Translations under genes and position numbers: made by a program
The notes under the pieces: generated by a model
What the model was told of the DNA's origin: nothing
Seen by the model: the letters and a program-made list of their open reading frames with translations, nothing else
Database searches by the model: none
Shown here: one piece after another, positions 25,566 through 35,525 of the stretch
Layout: the number at the start of each line of letters is the position of its first letter
Numbering within the stretch: position 1 is the stretch's first letter
Assembly (NCBI GenBank): GCA_002415485.1
Contig: DHYU01000050.1
Span: 21,519-85,518, forward strand
Source: Proteobacteria bacterium UBA5122
GTDB taxonomy: Bacteria > Pseudomonadota > Gammaproteobacteria > Tenderiales > Tenderiaceae
DNA length: 64,000 nucleotides
Direction of reading: 5' to 3'

Positions 25566-26432
25566 TCATTCGACTTGCACCAGCCGTTCAATAAAAAACT
25601 CTAAATGCCCTCCCGCTTGACGAGGCATCGGCCAGCCATCCACTTTTTTGGCCAGTGTTTTGAAAGCCATTGCCGATTTGCTACGCGGATAGGCATCCAC
25701 CACCGCCTTTTGTTTTTGCAGAGCCTTACGCAGATATTCGTCGTAGGGTACCGCCCCCATAAAATCCAGTGCAACGTCGAGAAACCTATCCGTCACCCTG
25801 ACCATCTTATTATATAGATCTCGCCCTTCTTGGGGAGTATGCACCATGTTACACAATACACGGAAGCGATGCAGCCCATAATCTTGATTTAACAGCTTTA
25901 TTAAAGCATAAGCGTCGGTAATAGAGGTAGGCTCATCACAGACAACAACAATGACCTCCTGTGCGGCGCGCGAGAAACTGACTACCGAATCAGAAATACC
26001 TGCTGCCGTATCCACGATCAACACATCGATATCAAAAGGGAGCTCACTGAACGCGCGAATCATGCCTGCGTGCTCCATTGGGCTCAGTTCGGCCATATTT
26101 TGTGTACCTGATGCTGCGGGCACCACCTTGACCCCTGCGGGCCCCTCAAGCACGATTTCCTCCAAGGTTGTCTCCCCTTTGAGGACGTGCGACAGATTGT
26201 ATTTCGGCCTCAAGCCCAACAGGACATCGATATTGGCCAGGCCCAGGTCGGCATCCATCAGCATGACCTTTTTACCTTCATTGGCCAAGGTCACCGCCAG
26301 ATTGACCGAAACATTGGTCTTACCGACACCGCCTTTGCCACTGGCGACAGCAATCACACGCACCGGACGAGACCGAGACATACGACGCAACCCTGCCGCC
26401 TGATCGTTAGGAGAATCCGCTGCCAGCATCAA
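25566..26432 (-). CDS. fleN: MinD-type ATPase FleN/FlhG (flagellar number regulator)
   Basis: 288 aa with the deviant Walker A ASGKGGVGKTN. Overlaps the flhF stop. Confidence 0.9.
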   Translation of the reverse strand: MMLAADSPNDQAAGLRRMSRSRPVRVIAVASGKGGVGKTNVSVNLAVTLANEGKKVMLMDADLGLANIDVLLGLRPKYNLSHVLKGETTLEEIVLEGPAGVKVVPAASGTQNMAELSPMEHAGMIRAFSELPFDIDVLIVDTAAGISDSVVSFSRAAQEVIVVVCDEPTSITDAYALIKLLNQDYGLHRFRVLCNMVHTPQEGRDLYNKMVRVTDRFLDVALDFMGAVPYDEYLRKALQKQKAVVDAYPRSKSAMAFKTLAKKVDGWPMPRQAGGHLEFFIERLVQVE

Positions 26433-27682
26433 TAATTCCCCTCTCCAACTCTGATTCCAGGTACTTCATCGGCGATGCTCTCTTCATTTTCCTGCATCAT
26501 GGCCACGCTGCGACTCACCAAGGTATGCGCGCGCGCCGGTTGCAGATCTTCGGGCACACGCTGGCCGTCACTCAGATAGGCAATGGGTAGCTGATGGCGG
26601 ATAGCGACATCCAGCGCATGCCCCAAACCTACACTCTCATCAAGTTTAGTGAGGATGCAGCCGTGCAAATCTATGCCCTGGGCGCGGAAATTTCTGACAA
26701 CATCATCCATGCCGGACAGGCGGGCAATTGCAGACATCACCAGATAGTTGCGCACACGCACCTGCTCCGTTTTCAACAGTGCCAATTGCTGCGCCAGACG
26801 CATGTCACGCTGACTGACGCCGGCTGTATCGATCAGCACCAGTGGTTTGTCGCAAAAATAATCCAATGCCTCCTGCATCGCCTCCGGCGTACCGGCGAAG
26901 CGGATCGGCACATCGAGGATTCGTGCATAGGCCTTCAATTGTTCGTGGGCACCGATCCGATAATTATCGGTCGAGATCAACGCGACACTGCGTGAACCAT
27001 GACGCAAGGCAAAACGCGCCGCCAGCTTGGCGATGGTCGTTGTTTTGCCGACCCCTGTCGCCCCCACCAAGGCCACTACGCCGCCGTTGACCAGAATATC
27101 GTCGTTGGTGACCTGCAGACTCACCGCCAACTTACCTAGCAAACGCCGCCATAACTCGTCGACGTTTCCTGACTCAGGCAGATCCGCCGTCAGCTGTTGA
27201 CTCAAACGCGTGCCAACCCCAAGCTGACTCAGACGACGACGCAGCTCGAATTCAAACGGCCGTTGCTGGCGGTATTCCTTATCGGTCAAATTGGCCAACT
27301 GACCTTCCAGTAAACCACGCATGGTCTTGAGTTCGCTCTTCATCGCCTCCAGCGTGGGCTCCTGGCTCCACACGATCTGTGGCTTGGCCGGCTCGCGCTC
27401 AGATTTCATCTGTACAACGCCCGCCTCAGTCGCGCCGCGTGCCGCAAAATCGACGCTATGAATCTGTGCGGATGTCTGCGTTGGCGCTGGTTTGGCCGCT
27501 GGCTTGGCCACATCGGCGACCTGTTGACGGATAGCGGACTCGTCATAATCGAGCGCGGCGATTATCTCTACACCACCGTTGACGCGCTTATTGGACAGGA
27601 TGACGGCATCGTCGCCCAGTTCCTCTTTGATCTGACGCATCGCCTGTCTCACATCGGGTGCAAAATAACGCTTTATCTTCAT
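26429..27682 (-). CDS. flhF: Flagellar biosynthesis GTPase FlhF (SRP-type)
   Basis: 417 aa with N-terminal MKIKRYFAPDVRQAMRQIKEELG, the G1 motif GATGVGKTTTIAKLA and DTAG. Confidence 0.9.
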   Translation of the reverse strand: MKIKRYFAPDVRQAMRQIKEELGDDAVILSNKRVNGGVEIIAALDYDESAIRQQVADVAKPAAKPAPTQTSAQIHSVDFAARGATEAGVVQMKSEREPAKPQIVWSQEPTLEAMKSELKTMRGLLEGQLANLTDKEYRQQRPFEFELRRRLSQLGVGTRLSQQLTADLPESGNVDELWRRLLGKLAVSLQVTNDDILVNGGVVALVGATGVGKTTTIAKLAARFALRHGSRSVALISTDNYRIGAHEQLKAYARILDVPIRFAGTPEAMQEALDYFCDKPLVLIDTAGVSQRDMRLAQQLALLKTEQVRVRNYLVMSAIARLSGMDDVVRNFRAQGIDLHGCILTKLDESVGLGHALDVAIRHQLPIAYLSDGQRVPEDLQPARAHTLVSRSVAMMQENEESIADEVPGIRVGEGNY

Positions 27683-27719
27683 GACACCACCTCACCAGTC
27701 CCTCGTTACTCAAACTCGC

Positions 27720-29819
27720 CTACGCGGCAATCTGTTTACCCACAGTGGCGACGATCTTGATCTGCACGTCGTCCGGTATCTCGTTGTACGACAGCACCTT
27801 CAAGCTCGCCAATGCGCTACGCAGCAACTTCGCCAATACGGGGCGCACATTCGAACTCACCAACAACACTGCCGGTTGCCCCGTTGCCTCCTGTCGCTGC
27901 ACAGTCTCCGACAGGCTGCTGAACATGCTCTCCGCCAGCCCCGGTTCCAGCCCCAGGCCGCCACCGTTCTGAATGGAGTCTTGCAATATCTGTTCCAACC
28001 CTGGATCCAGCGTAATCACTGGCAACTCACCTGCTAAGCCATTGATTTTTTGAATGATTGACCGCCCCATGGCTTCGCGGGTCAGCGCCGTCAAAATGGC
28101 GGAATCCTGGGTTCTGCTGCCGGCATCCGCCAATGTTTCGACGATTCGACGCATATCGCGAATGGGGATCTGCTCCTCCAACAGACTTTGGAGCACCTTC
28201 ACTACCGAGCCTAGTGGCAATACCTCCGGCACCAAACCTTCCACCAGTTTAGGCGCGGCCTTGCCCAGATTATTGAGCAATTGCTGTACCTCCTCACGCC
28301 CCAGCAACTCATGCGCATGCGTTGTTAAGATATGACTCAGGTGAGTGGCGATCACTGTACTAGGATCCACCACGGTATAACCCATGGTCTGCGCCTGGTC
28401 TTTATTACCAGGCTCAATCCATATTGCATCCAAACCGAAGGCGGGGTCCTTGGTCGTAATCCCCGGCAAATTACCAAAGACCTGACCTGGATTGATCGCC
28501 AATTCACGGTCCGGATAAACATCCGCCTCCCCCACGGTCGCCCCCAGCAAGGAAAGCCGGTAGACATTGGGCGCAAGCTCCAGGTTGTCGCGAATATGCA
28601 CTGATGGGATCAAAAAGCCGAGATCTTGCGTGAGCTTCTTACGTACGCCCTTGATCCGCCCCATAAGTTGACCACCCTGATTCTTATCAACCAATGGAAT
28701 CAGGCGATACCCCACCTCCAAACCAATGGTGTCGACAGGCAATACATCATCCCAACTCAGATCCTTGGACTCAGCACTCGGCTCCGGTGGTGGCGGCGCA
28801 GCCTCTTCAGCCGCAACGCCCTCTTCACGACGCTTGGCCATGTAATAGCCAATCCCACCCGTCAGTCCTGCCAACAGCAGAAATACAAAATTAGGCATCC
28901 CCGGGATGATCCCCATCACACCCAAGATGCCGGCAGTCACATAAAGCGCACGCGGGTCAGCCAACAGTTGCGACGTCATCTGCGTACCCATGTCTTGCTC
29001 ACTGGAGACACGTGTCACAATAATCGCGGTCGCTGTCGACAGGATCAGCGCCGGGATCTGCGCCACCAAGCCATCACCAATAGTCAACAAGGTATAAACA
29101 CGAGCCGCATCGGAAAATGGCATCCCATGCTGCACCATACCGATCGCCAAACCACCAATAAGATTGATAAAAAGAATCAGCAAACCTGCAATCGCGTCAC
29201 CACGCACAAACTTGCTGGCACCATCCATCGAGCCATAAAAGTCCGCTTCACGGATAATGTCTTCACGCCGCCGCTGAGCCTCTTCCTGGCCAATGATGCC
29301 GGCATTCAAATCTGCATCGATAGCCATCTGTTTACCTGGCATCGAGTCCAAGGTGAAACGGGCAGACACTTCAGAGACACGTCCAGCACCCTTGGTGACA
29401 ACCACAAAGTTGATAATCACCAGGATCGCAAATACCACCAGACCGACAGCGTAGTTACCACCAATTACAAACTCACCAAAGGCCTCGATCACCTTACCTG
29501 CCGCATCGGTTCCCGTGTGCCCTTCCAACAACACCACCCGTGTCGACGCGATGTTCAACGCCAAACGCAATAGGGTCGCAATCAGAATTACCGTTGGAAA
29601 CACACCCAAATCCAATGGCCGATTGGTATAAATCACCGCCAGCAATACCACCATCGATAAAGCGATACTGAAGGTGAACAAGATGTCCAACATAAATGCC
29701 GGCAATGGCACAACCACCATCGCCAGCATCAAGAAAATAAATACAGGCACGCCCAAGCCAGACTTTAGTGTTTTGACGATTGCGTCCATCGTTACATTTG
29801 GCTTAGCCATACTAATCAC
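27720..29819 (-). CDS. flhA: Flagellar export apparatus protein FlhA
   Basis: 699 aa with an 8-TM N-terminal domain, the FHIPEP region and a large cytoplasmic domain. Overlaps the flhB stop. Confidence 0.95.
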   Translation of the reverse strand: MISMAKPNVTMDAIVKTLKSGLGVPVFIFLMLAMVVVPLPAFMLDILFTFSIALSMVVLLAVIYTNRPLDLGVFPTVILIATLLRLALNIASTRVVLLEGHTGTDAAGKVIEAFGEFVIGGNYAVGLVVFAILVIINFVVVTKGAGRVSEVSARFTLDSMPGKQMAIDADLNAGIIGQEEAQRRREDIIREADFYGSMDGASKFVRGDAIAGLLILFINLIGGLAIGMVQHGMPFSDAARVYTLLTIGDGLVAQIPALILSTATAIIVTRVSSEQDMGTQMTSQLLADPRALYVTAGILGVMGIIPGMPNFVFLLLAGLTGGIGYYMAKRREEGVAAEEAAPPPPEPSAESKDLSWDDVLPVDTIGLEVGYRLIPLVDKNQGGQLMGRIKGVRKKLTQDLGFLIPSVHIRDNLELAPNVYRLSLLGATVGEADVYPDRELAINPGQVFGNLPGITTKDPAFGLDAIWIEPGNKDQAQTMGYTVVDPSTVIATHLSHILTTHAHELLGREEVQQLLNNLGKAAPKLVEGLVPEVLPLGSVVKVLQSLLEEQIPIRDMRRIVETLADAGSRTQDSAILTALTREAMGRSIIQKINGLAGELPVITLDPGLEQILQDSIQNGGGLGLEPGLAESMFSSLSETVQRQEATGQPAVLLVSSNVRPVLAKLLRSALASLKVLSYNEIPDDVQIKIVATVGKQIAA

Positions 29820-30984
29820 CTACGCCTTTAGGCTTAACTACATTGCCATCTGCATCGTAGTGCATATCATCTGGCACCTCGACATTAGGCATATTAATTT
29901 CAGAAGACCCACTCTTCCCAGGCTTCTGCCGTAAATGAAAGACGAAGGCCAACACCTGGGCGACAGCCAGATACAAACCCTCTGGAATTTCTTGATCCAA
30001 TTCGGTGGTGTGATAAATCGCCCGCGCCAATGGAGGCGCAGATAAGATGGGAACATTGTTTTCCTGGGCGATTCGACGTATTTCAAAGGCCACAAAATCA
30101 GCCCCCTTGGCGACCACGATCGGTGCACGCATCTTATCTTGATCATATTTGATCGCAACCGAGAAGTGGGTTGGGTTGGTAATGACCACATCCGCCTCAG
30201 GCACTGCCTGCATCATACGACGGATCATTACTTCCATCTGTGTTTGACGAATGCGCGACTTCAGCTCAGGACTACCTTCCGTATCCTTATTCTCCTGTTT
30301 GACTTCCTGTTTGGTCATCTTCAGTTGCTTGCGGTGATTCCAGGCCTGGAATGGCACATCCACAACAGCAATAAGAATCATCGTCAGGCTAACTAACAAG
30401 AACACCCAAACCACCATCAAGGAGCCGTGTTCAATAGCCTGCTCCAGGGGTTCGCGAGCCAATACCAACACCTCGTCCATGAACCACCACAAAAGCACAA
30501 CACCCAAGCCCATAATGACAGCGAATTTGACTATTGATTTACCCAACTCCATCAAGGCCTGGGTGCCCACCATTTTTTTGACACCCTTAAGGGGATTCAT
30601 TTTGCTTGGCTTGGGTACCAATGCCTGAGTTGAAAAGTTCCAACCACTCATTGCCAAAGAACCGACTATTGCAGATGCAAGCATCACCAACAAAAATGGT
30701 GTCAATGATGACAAGGCAATCGCAATCGACTCCATAAATGCATTTAATCCGAGAGAACTATTAAAAACTTGTTCACGATCTAGTGAAAAACTACCGCGCG
30801 CAATATCGAACATTGCCTCAACAGTCCAATGCCCAAATATCAGGATACTCACAGCACCACAAATCAGCATTACAGTTGTTGTGAGTTCCTTGGAACGCGC
30901 CACCTCACCCTTTTTGCGCGCATCCGCCAGCCTCTTTGCCGTGGGTTCTTCTGACTTGTCTTGACCATCGTTATTCTCAGCCAT
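29812..30984 (-). CDS. flhB: Flagellar export switch protein FlhB
   Basis: 390 aa with N-terminal EEPTAKRLADARKKGEVARSKEL, four TM segments and the autocleavage motif NPTH (VVITNPTHFSVAI). Confidence 0.95.
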   Translation of the reverse strand: MAENNDGQDKSEEPTAKRLADARKKGEVARSKELTTTVMLICGAVSILIFGHWTVEAMFDIARGSFSLDREQVFNSSLGLNAFMESIAIALSSLTPFLLVMLASAIVGSLAMSGWNFSTQALVPKPSKMNPLKGVKKMVGTQALMELGKSIVKFAVIMGLGVVLLWWFMDEVLVLAREPLEQAIEHGSLMVVWVFLLVSLTMILIAVVDVPFQAWNHRKQLKMTKQEVKQENKDTEGSPELKSRIRQTQMEVMIRRMMQAVPEADVVITNPTHFSVAIKYDQDKMRAPIVVAKGADFVAFEIRRIAQENNVPILSAPPLARAIYHTTELDQEIPEGLYLAVAQVLAFVFHLRQKPGKSGSSEINMPNVEVPDDMHYDADGNVVKPKGVGD

Positions 30985-30991
30985 GTCATAC

Positions 30992-31765
30992 TCACCGGGT
31001 CAATATCAACAAGGACTGCTCAAACCCCTTGTCAAATAGGGCCTGAATATTAATGGCGATGGAAGGAAGTGTTGCAACAAGCAAAACAAAACCAGACAAG
31101 ATGATAATAACGAAACCGACTGAGAAAATATTCATCTGAGGAGTCGCGCGGGTCACCACCCCCATCACAACATTGATCATTAACAAACCAATAACGATAG
31201 GTAGAGAAATTGTCACTGCCCCCGCAAAGATCAAGGCCCCAAACTTCACCAAATCCCAAATACCTGTCTTAGACAACCCACCACCGAGAGGCAGTATTTC
31301 GTAGCTCTGGTGAATGATGGCAATCAACACCAAATGACCATCGAGGGCCAAAAACAACAATATGGTAAAAATATTCAAGAATTGAGAAATAACGGGAACG
31401 TTAATACCAGAAGATGGATCCATCATCTGAGCAAAACCCAATGCCATTTGCATACCGACAATTTGCCCCGCATGCACCACCGTGGCGAATATCATTTGCA
31501 ATGTAAACCCCATTGCCACCCCGATCATTATTTCTCCAGCAATAAACAACATTCCAGCAGCTGACAATGGATCAAAGGTCGTTGGCATTGGCTCAATCAG
31601 CGGCGCCATGAAAACAGTCAATGCGAGCACCAAAATCACCTTGACATGACCTGGCACCGAGTTGGACCCTACTAATGGAGCTGCCATTAAAAAAGCAGAT
31701 ATGCGAAACCCCGGCGCCGCATACTGCAGCAAGAGATTGTGCACATCTGCCGGCGTAAAAGTCAT
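30992..31765 (-). CDS. fliR: Flagellar export apparatus protein FliR
   Basis: 257 aa polytopic membrane protein in the fliPQR-flhB position. Confidence 0.9.
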   Translation of the reverse strand: MTFTPADVHNLLLQYAAPGFRISAFLMAAPLVGSNSVPGHVKVILVLALTVFMAPLIEPMPTTFDPLSAAGMLFIAGEIMIGVAMGFTLQMIFATVVHAGQIVGMQMALGFAQMMDPSSGINVPVISQFLNIFTILLFLALDGHLVLIAIIHQSYEILPLGGGLSKTGIWDLVKFGALIFAGAVTISLPIVIGLLMINVVMGVVTRATPQMNIFSVGFVIIILSGFVLLVATLPSIAINIQALFDKGFEQSLLILTR

Positions 31766-31774
31766 AACACTCCC

Positions 31775-32044
31775 CTAACCAATCACCAGGGGGATATTTT
31801 GATAGAGCTGGGTGACGTATGCGACCAGTGTTTTTAATATCCAAGGCCCCAAAAAAATCAACATCACAAAGGTAATCAGCAGCTTTGGAATAAATGTCAT
31901 GGTTTGTTCATTAATCTGTGTGGCGGCCTGAAAGATTGCGATAAGCAATCCCACGCACAACGCTGGCAATAAAATCACAGCATTTAACAGAATCAGTAAT
32001 TCCAATGCTTCACGACTAATAACAATGGTCGTTTCAGGAGTCAT
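31775..32044 (-). CDS. fliQ: Flagellar export apparatus protein FliQ
   Basis: 89 aa two-TM protein between fliP and fliR. Confidence 0.9.
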   Translation of the reverse strand: MTPETTIVISREALELLILLNAVILLPALCVGLLIAIFQAATQINEQTMTFIPKLLITFVMLIFLGPWILKTLVAYVTQLYQNIPLVIG

Positions 32045-32053
32045 ATATCCCCC

Positions 32054-32791
32054 TCATCGCACATAGAAGCTAGACGCCAGAGTTCCCAACAAGAGAACCC
32101 ATCCGTCAACCAATACAAACAGCATAATTTTGAATGGCAGCGAAATAATCAGTGGTGACAACATCATCATACCCATCGACATCAACACACTTGCCACAAC
32201 CAAATCTATAATGAGAAAAGGAATAAAGATCATGAAGCCAATTTGAAAGGCGGTTTTCAACTCACTGGTCACAAACGCTGGCACCAACACCTTAAGTGGG
32301 ACATCCTCCAGTGTTTCTTCAGTCACAGTTGTATTTGATAAATCCAGAAACAAGGCCAAATCCGGCTCCCGAACCTGATCCAACATAAACTGCTTAAAGG
32401 GTGCCAATGCCCCTTTGAGTGCAACATCGCTGGCCATTTCCTCATCCATATATGGCTTAATGGCATTTTCATAGGCCCGATCAAACACTGGGGCCATAAT
32501 GAAAAATGTCAGAAACAGCGATAGTCCGATAATAATCTGATTAGTGGGTGTCGACATGGTACCCATCGCCTGACGCAATAAAACCAACACAATGGCGATG
32601 CGGGCAAAACAAGTCATCATTAACAAGGCGGCAGGCAAAAACGACATTAGTGTCATCAATGCCAACACTTGAATGGTTAATGTATAAGTTTCGCTACCAT
32701 CTGGATTAACCGTCATGTTGAGCGCATCCAGCCCAGGCGATGCCTGCGCAGGAGCAGCCAACATTATGACCATCAACAACAACCATTTCAT
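32054..32791 (-). CDS. fliP: Flagellar export apparatus protein FliP
   Basis: 245 aa with a signal-like N-terminus and conserved FliP segments ([46 protein letters not shown]). Confidence 0.95.
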   Translation of the reverse strand: MKWLLLMVIMLAAPAQASPGLDALNMTVNPDGSETYTLTIQVLALMTLMSFLPAALLMMTCFARIAIVLVLLRQAMGTMSTPTNQIIIGLSLFLTFFIMAPVFDRAYENAIKPYMDEEMASDVALKGALAPFKQFMLDQVREPDLALFLDLSNTTVTEETLEDVPLKVLVPAFVTSELKTAFQIGFMIFIPFLIIDLVVASVLMSMGMMMLSPLIISLPFKIMLFVLVDGWVLLLGTLASSFYVR

Positions 32792-33381
32792 GATTCACGC
32801 CCCTTCATTGCCTGTTTCAGACGCAAAGCAAAAGCACCATTCGTTTTTTCAGAATCGTTAATAATCACATGATCACTCGGTGAAATTTCATGCAGTTTTT
32901 CCACTCGACCAGGTGCAACACCAAGCAATAACTGAGTATCCCCCACCTGCACAATGACTACGCGTTCTTTCTGACCAACATTCAATCCAGCCACCAGTTT
33001 CAGTTGCCCCTGACCTGAAACAGAAAAATTGCCATACCTCTTAACCAGCCAAGCCAAACCAAAAATAATGACAATAACGACTATCAAACCAAATATCGTT
33101 TTCAACAGCTGAGTGGCACTTGCAACTTCTGGCGATGCTGCTGGCGGTTGCGACATGCGTGTCGCAACCACCGGCTTCTCTGTGCTGACTGAATTATCAT
33201 TGGCAATGTCGCCTACTGGAGCGACAGTCTCTACCACAGGTTCTACAACAGGCTCTACAACATCACTTTCAATCGCCTGCCCATTGGCAACCCCTGTTGC
33301 AAAACACAAACCAAAGAATAACGATGCCAATAGAGCATATAGATTGAACTTAGGGATTGACTGAGACAACCTGATCAACAT
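32788..33381 (-). CDS. fliO: Flagellar protein FliO (extended N-terminal region)
   Basis: The C-terminal half has the FliO TM helix ([20 protein letters not shown]) and soluble domain ([29 protein letters not shown]). The N-terminal ~90 aa add a second hydrophobic segment and a [11 protein letters not shown] repeat. Located between fliN and fliP. Confidence 0.8.
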   Translation of the reverse strand: MLIRLSQSIPKFNLYALLASLFFGLCFATGVANGQAIESDVVEPVVEPVVETVAPVGDIANDNSVSTEKPVVATRMSQPPAASPEVASATQLLKTIFGLIVVIVIIFGLAWLVKRYGNFSVSGQGQLKLVAGLNVGQKERVVIVQVGDTQLLLGVAPGRVEKLHEISPSDHVIINDSEKTNGAFALRLKQAMKGRES

Positions 33382-33389
33382 GCATACTC

Positions 33390-33791
33390 CTACTTGAGCT
33401 TTTTAATTCGCTCAGAGGCACTAATGACGTCGGTCAGGCGAATACCAAACTTTTCGTTAACCACCACGACCTCCCCATGAGCAATCAGGGTGCCATTCAC
33501 CAACACATCCATTGGTTCGCCAGCCAGACGATCCAGCTCAACTACCGATCCCTGATTCAATTGCAACAGATTGCGAATACTGATTTTGGTTCGACCAATC
33601 TCCATGGAGATCGTCACAGGTATATCAAGAATCACTTCCAGATTGGAATTTTCATCAACACTACCACCTACCGCAGGCGTCAATTCGTTAGGATATGCTG
33701 CCTCAGCTTCCTGTTCTGCCTGTTCAGCCAATGCAGCGGCCCAATCATCACCAACATCACCCATATCATCGCCATTATTTTTATCGTTCAT
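33390..33791 (-). CDS. fliN: Flagellar motor switch protein FliN
   Basis: 133 aa with an acidic N-terminus and the SpoA domain (VVELDRLAGEPMDVLVNGTLIAHGEVVVVNEKFGIRLTDV). Confidence 0.95.
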   Translation of the reverse strand: MNDKNNGDDMGDVGDDWAAALAEQAEQEAEAAYPNELTPAVGGSVDENSNLEVILDIPVTISMEIGRTKISIRNLLQLNQGSVVELDRLAGEPMDVLVNGTLIAHGEVVVVNEKFGIRLTDVISASERIKKLK

Positions 33792-34798
33792 TTGACTTTA
33801 CCTCCAATTTTCGAGGCATGGGATACAGGCGAGCGTACCGGCCCCAAAATTTTGATCGCATTATTCCCTTGATATGCACCAAACTTGCCTTTAAATACAG
33901 GCACATCATCTGCAGTCGCTAAAAACACCTCATTCGGATACTCAAAAGGAATGATATCGCCAACCTTTAGGTCTGCGACTTTTTTGAGAGACATATCAAC
34001 TTCAGTCAATATGCTCTTCAGCAAAATAGGTGCGGCTTTGATATCTTCTTTCAACGCATTGGTCCAGCGCTCATCAACCTCCGTTCGATCACTAACGGTT
34101 CCGGCATCTAATAATTCACGAATTGGCTCGACCATTGAGTATGGAATCGTGACATGAAGATCCCCACCACCTCCATCCAACTCAACGTGAAAAGTGCTGA
34201 TGACAACAACTTCCGTTGGGCTAACGATATTTGCAAAGTGAGGATTGACTTCGGAATTCTGGTACTCAAACTCGACCGACAGGACAGGCGCCCATGCGTT
34301 AGCCATATCCTCAAATACCTTATTCAGCATCAACTCGATGATGCGATTCTCGGTTTGAGTAAATTCGCGGCCTTCAATTTTGTTATAAAACTTACCACTA
34401 CCCCCAAAGAAGTTATCCACTACGATAAACACCAACTTTGGATCAAATACAATCAGTGCGGTCCCCCGCAAAGGGCGGATATGGACCAAGTTCAAGCTGG
34501 TTGGCACAAACAAGCTGTGCACATACTCAGCAAATTTCAACATCTGCACACCACTCACAGAGATCTCGGGTGAGCGACGCAGCATATTGAATAAGTTAGT
34601 GCGGAAATAACGAGCAAAACGCTCGTTAATCATTTCCAGGGTGGGCATACGCCCACGAACAATCCTGTCCTGACTTGTAAAATCATAAGAACGCGCATCA
34701 CCATCGAACACATCATCGTCTGTGGCAACGTCACCATCATCAACGCCATGTAAAAGCGCATCGATTTCATCTTGTGATAATAGATCGTTGATAGACAT
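33788..34798 (-). CDS. fliM: Flagellar motor switch protein FliM
   Basis: 336 aa with the N-terminal CheY-P binding peptide LSQDEIDALL, and the middle and SpoA-like domains. Confidence 0.95.
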   Translation of the reverse strand: MSINDLLSQDEIDALLHGVDDGDVATDDDVFDGDARSYDFTSQDRIVRGRMPTLEMINERFARYFRTNLFNMLRRSPEISVSGVQMLKFAEYVHSLFVPTSLNLVHIRPLRGTALIVFDPKLVFIVVDNFFGGSGKFYNKIEGREFTQTENRIIELMLNKVFEDMANAWAPVLSVEFEYQNSEVNPHFANIVSPTEVVVISTFHVELDGGGGDLHVTIPYSMVEPIRELLDAGTVSDRTEVDERWTNALKEDIKAAPILLKSILTEVDMSLKKVADLKVGDIIPFEYPNEVFLATADDVPVFKGKFGAYQGNNAIKILGPVRSPVSHASKIGGKVK

Positions 34799-34800
34799 AT

Positions 34801-35313
34801 TTATTGCATCACAAAGCTGGTGAAATACACTTCTTCGATCTCGCTAGCGCCTTCATATTTCTCGATTACATCGCGAATTTCTTGCAAGGCAGCTTGACGC
34901 AACATTTCTTTACCTTCGCGACTCACCAGCGTTTCGAACGTTTGACTACTGAACATAAGAATCAGGTTGTTGCGTATCACTGGCATGTGCAACACAAGCG
35001 CATCCAGTGCTGTTTTTTCGTATGCCATCACCTCTATGCTGATCTGCAGATAACGAATACCTGAATCAGTCTCGAAATTGACGGTAAAGGGCTCTTGGAA
35101 CTTGTGATAGATCGGGATCTTTTTCTCAGGCTTTTGATCGGCCTCTGCAACTGCCGCCTCTTTAGGTTTCTCAAAGAACCCCATGAAATAGAGTGTTCCG
35201 GCTACACTGCCGCCAATAAACAGCAGAACCACCAGAATCAATACCAGTTTACTTTTGCCACCCTTGGCCTTCGCTGGTTTTTTATCGTCTTCTTCAATGT
35301 CAGCCATGTTCAT
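34801..35313 (-). CDS. fliL: Flagellar basal-body-associated protein FliL
   Basis: 170 aa with a single N-terminal TM helix. First gene of the fliLMNOPQR block. Confidence 0.9.
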   Translation of the reverse strand: MNMADIEEDDKKPAKAKGGKSKLVLILVVLLFIGGSVAGTLYFMGFFEKPKEAAVAEADQKPEKKIPIYHKFQEPFTVNFETDSGIRYLQISIEVMAYEKTALDALVLHMPVIRNNLILMFSSQTFETLVSREGKEMLRQAALQEIRDVIEKYEGASEIEEVYFTSFVMQ

Positions 35314-35352
35314 TGTCCTTTGTATTGCCAGTCAGATACTGACGATACAATA

Positions 35353-35367
35353 GCAAGAAACATGCCC
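35353..35367 (-). promoter_or_regulatory. sigma54 (-24/-12) promoter candidate for fliL operon
   Basis: The minus strand reads GGGCAT-GTTTC-TTGC, with correct GG-N10-GC spacing, about 40 nt upstream of the fliL ATG. An AAGGA RBS follows. Confidence 0.55.
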
Positions 35368-35525
35368 AACTATTTATTCATTTAATTTCAATCAGTTGCG
35401 ACGACGGCAGCAGAAAACGCCACCCTTTTGACTCATAAAAACACGAATATCCGCCATAAATATGGCGCGTATCTAGCATAAGGAAGGCACCGGCACCTCG
35501 GACACAAGGCGCCGGCAAAGAAGGA

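Noticed and set aside
28626-29573. 315-aa plus-strand ORF inside flhA
   Set aside because: It is antisense to FlhA. Its H/R/Q/T-rich sequence is not protein-like.
35452-35467. Hairpin CGCCATA-AA-TATGGCG downstream of fliK, considered as a terminator
   Set aside because: The stem is short with moderate GC, and the T-run lies about 10 nt away. It is too weak to list as a feature.
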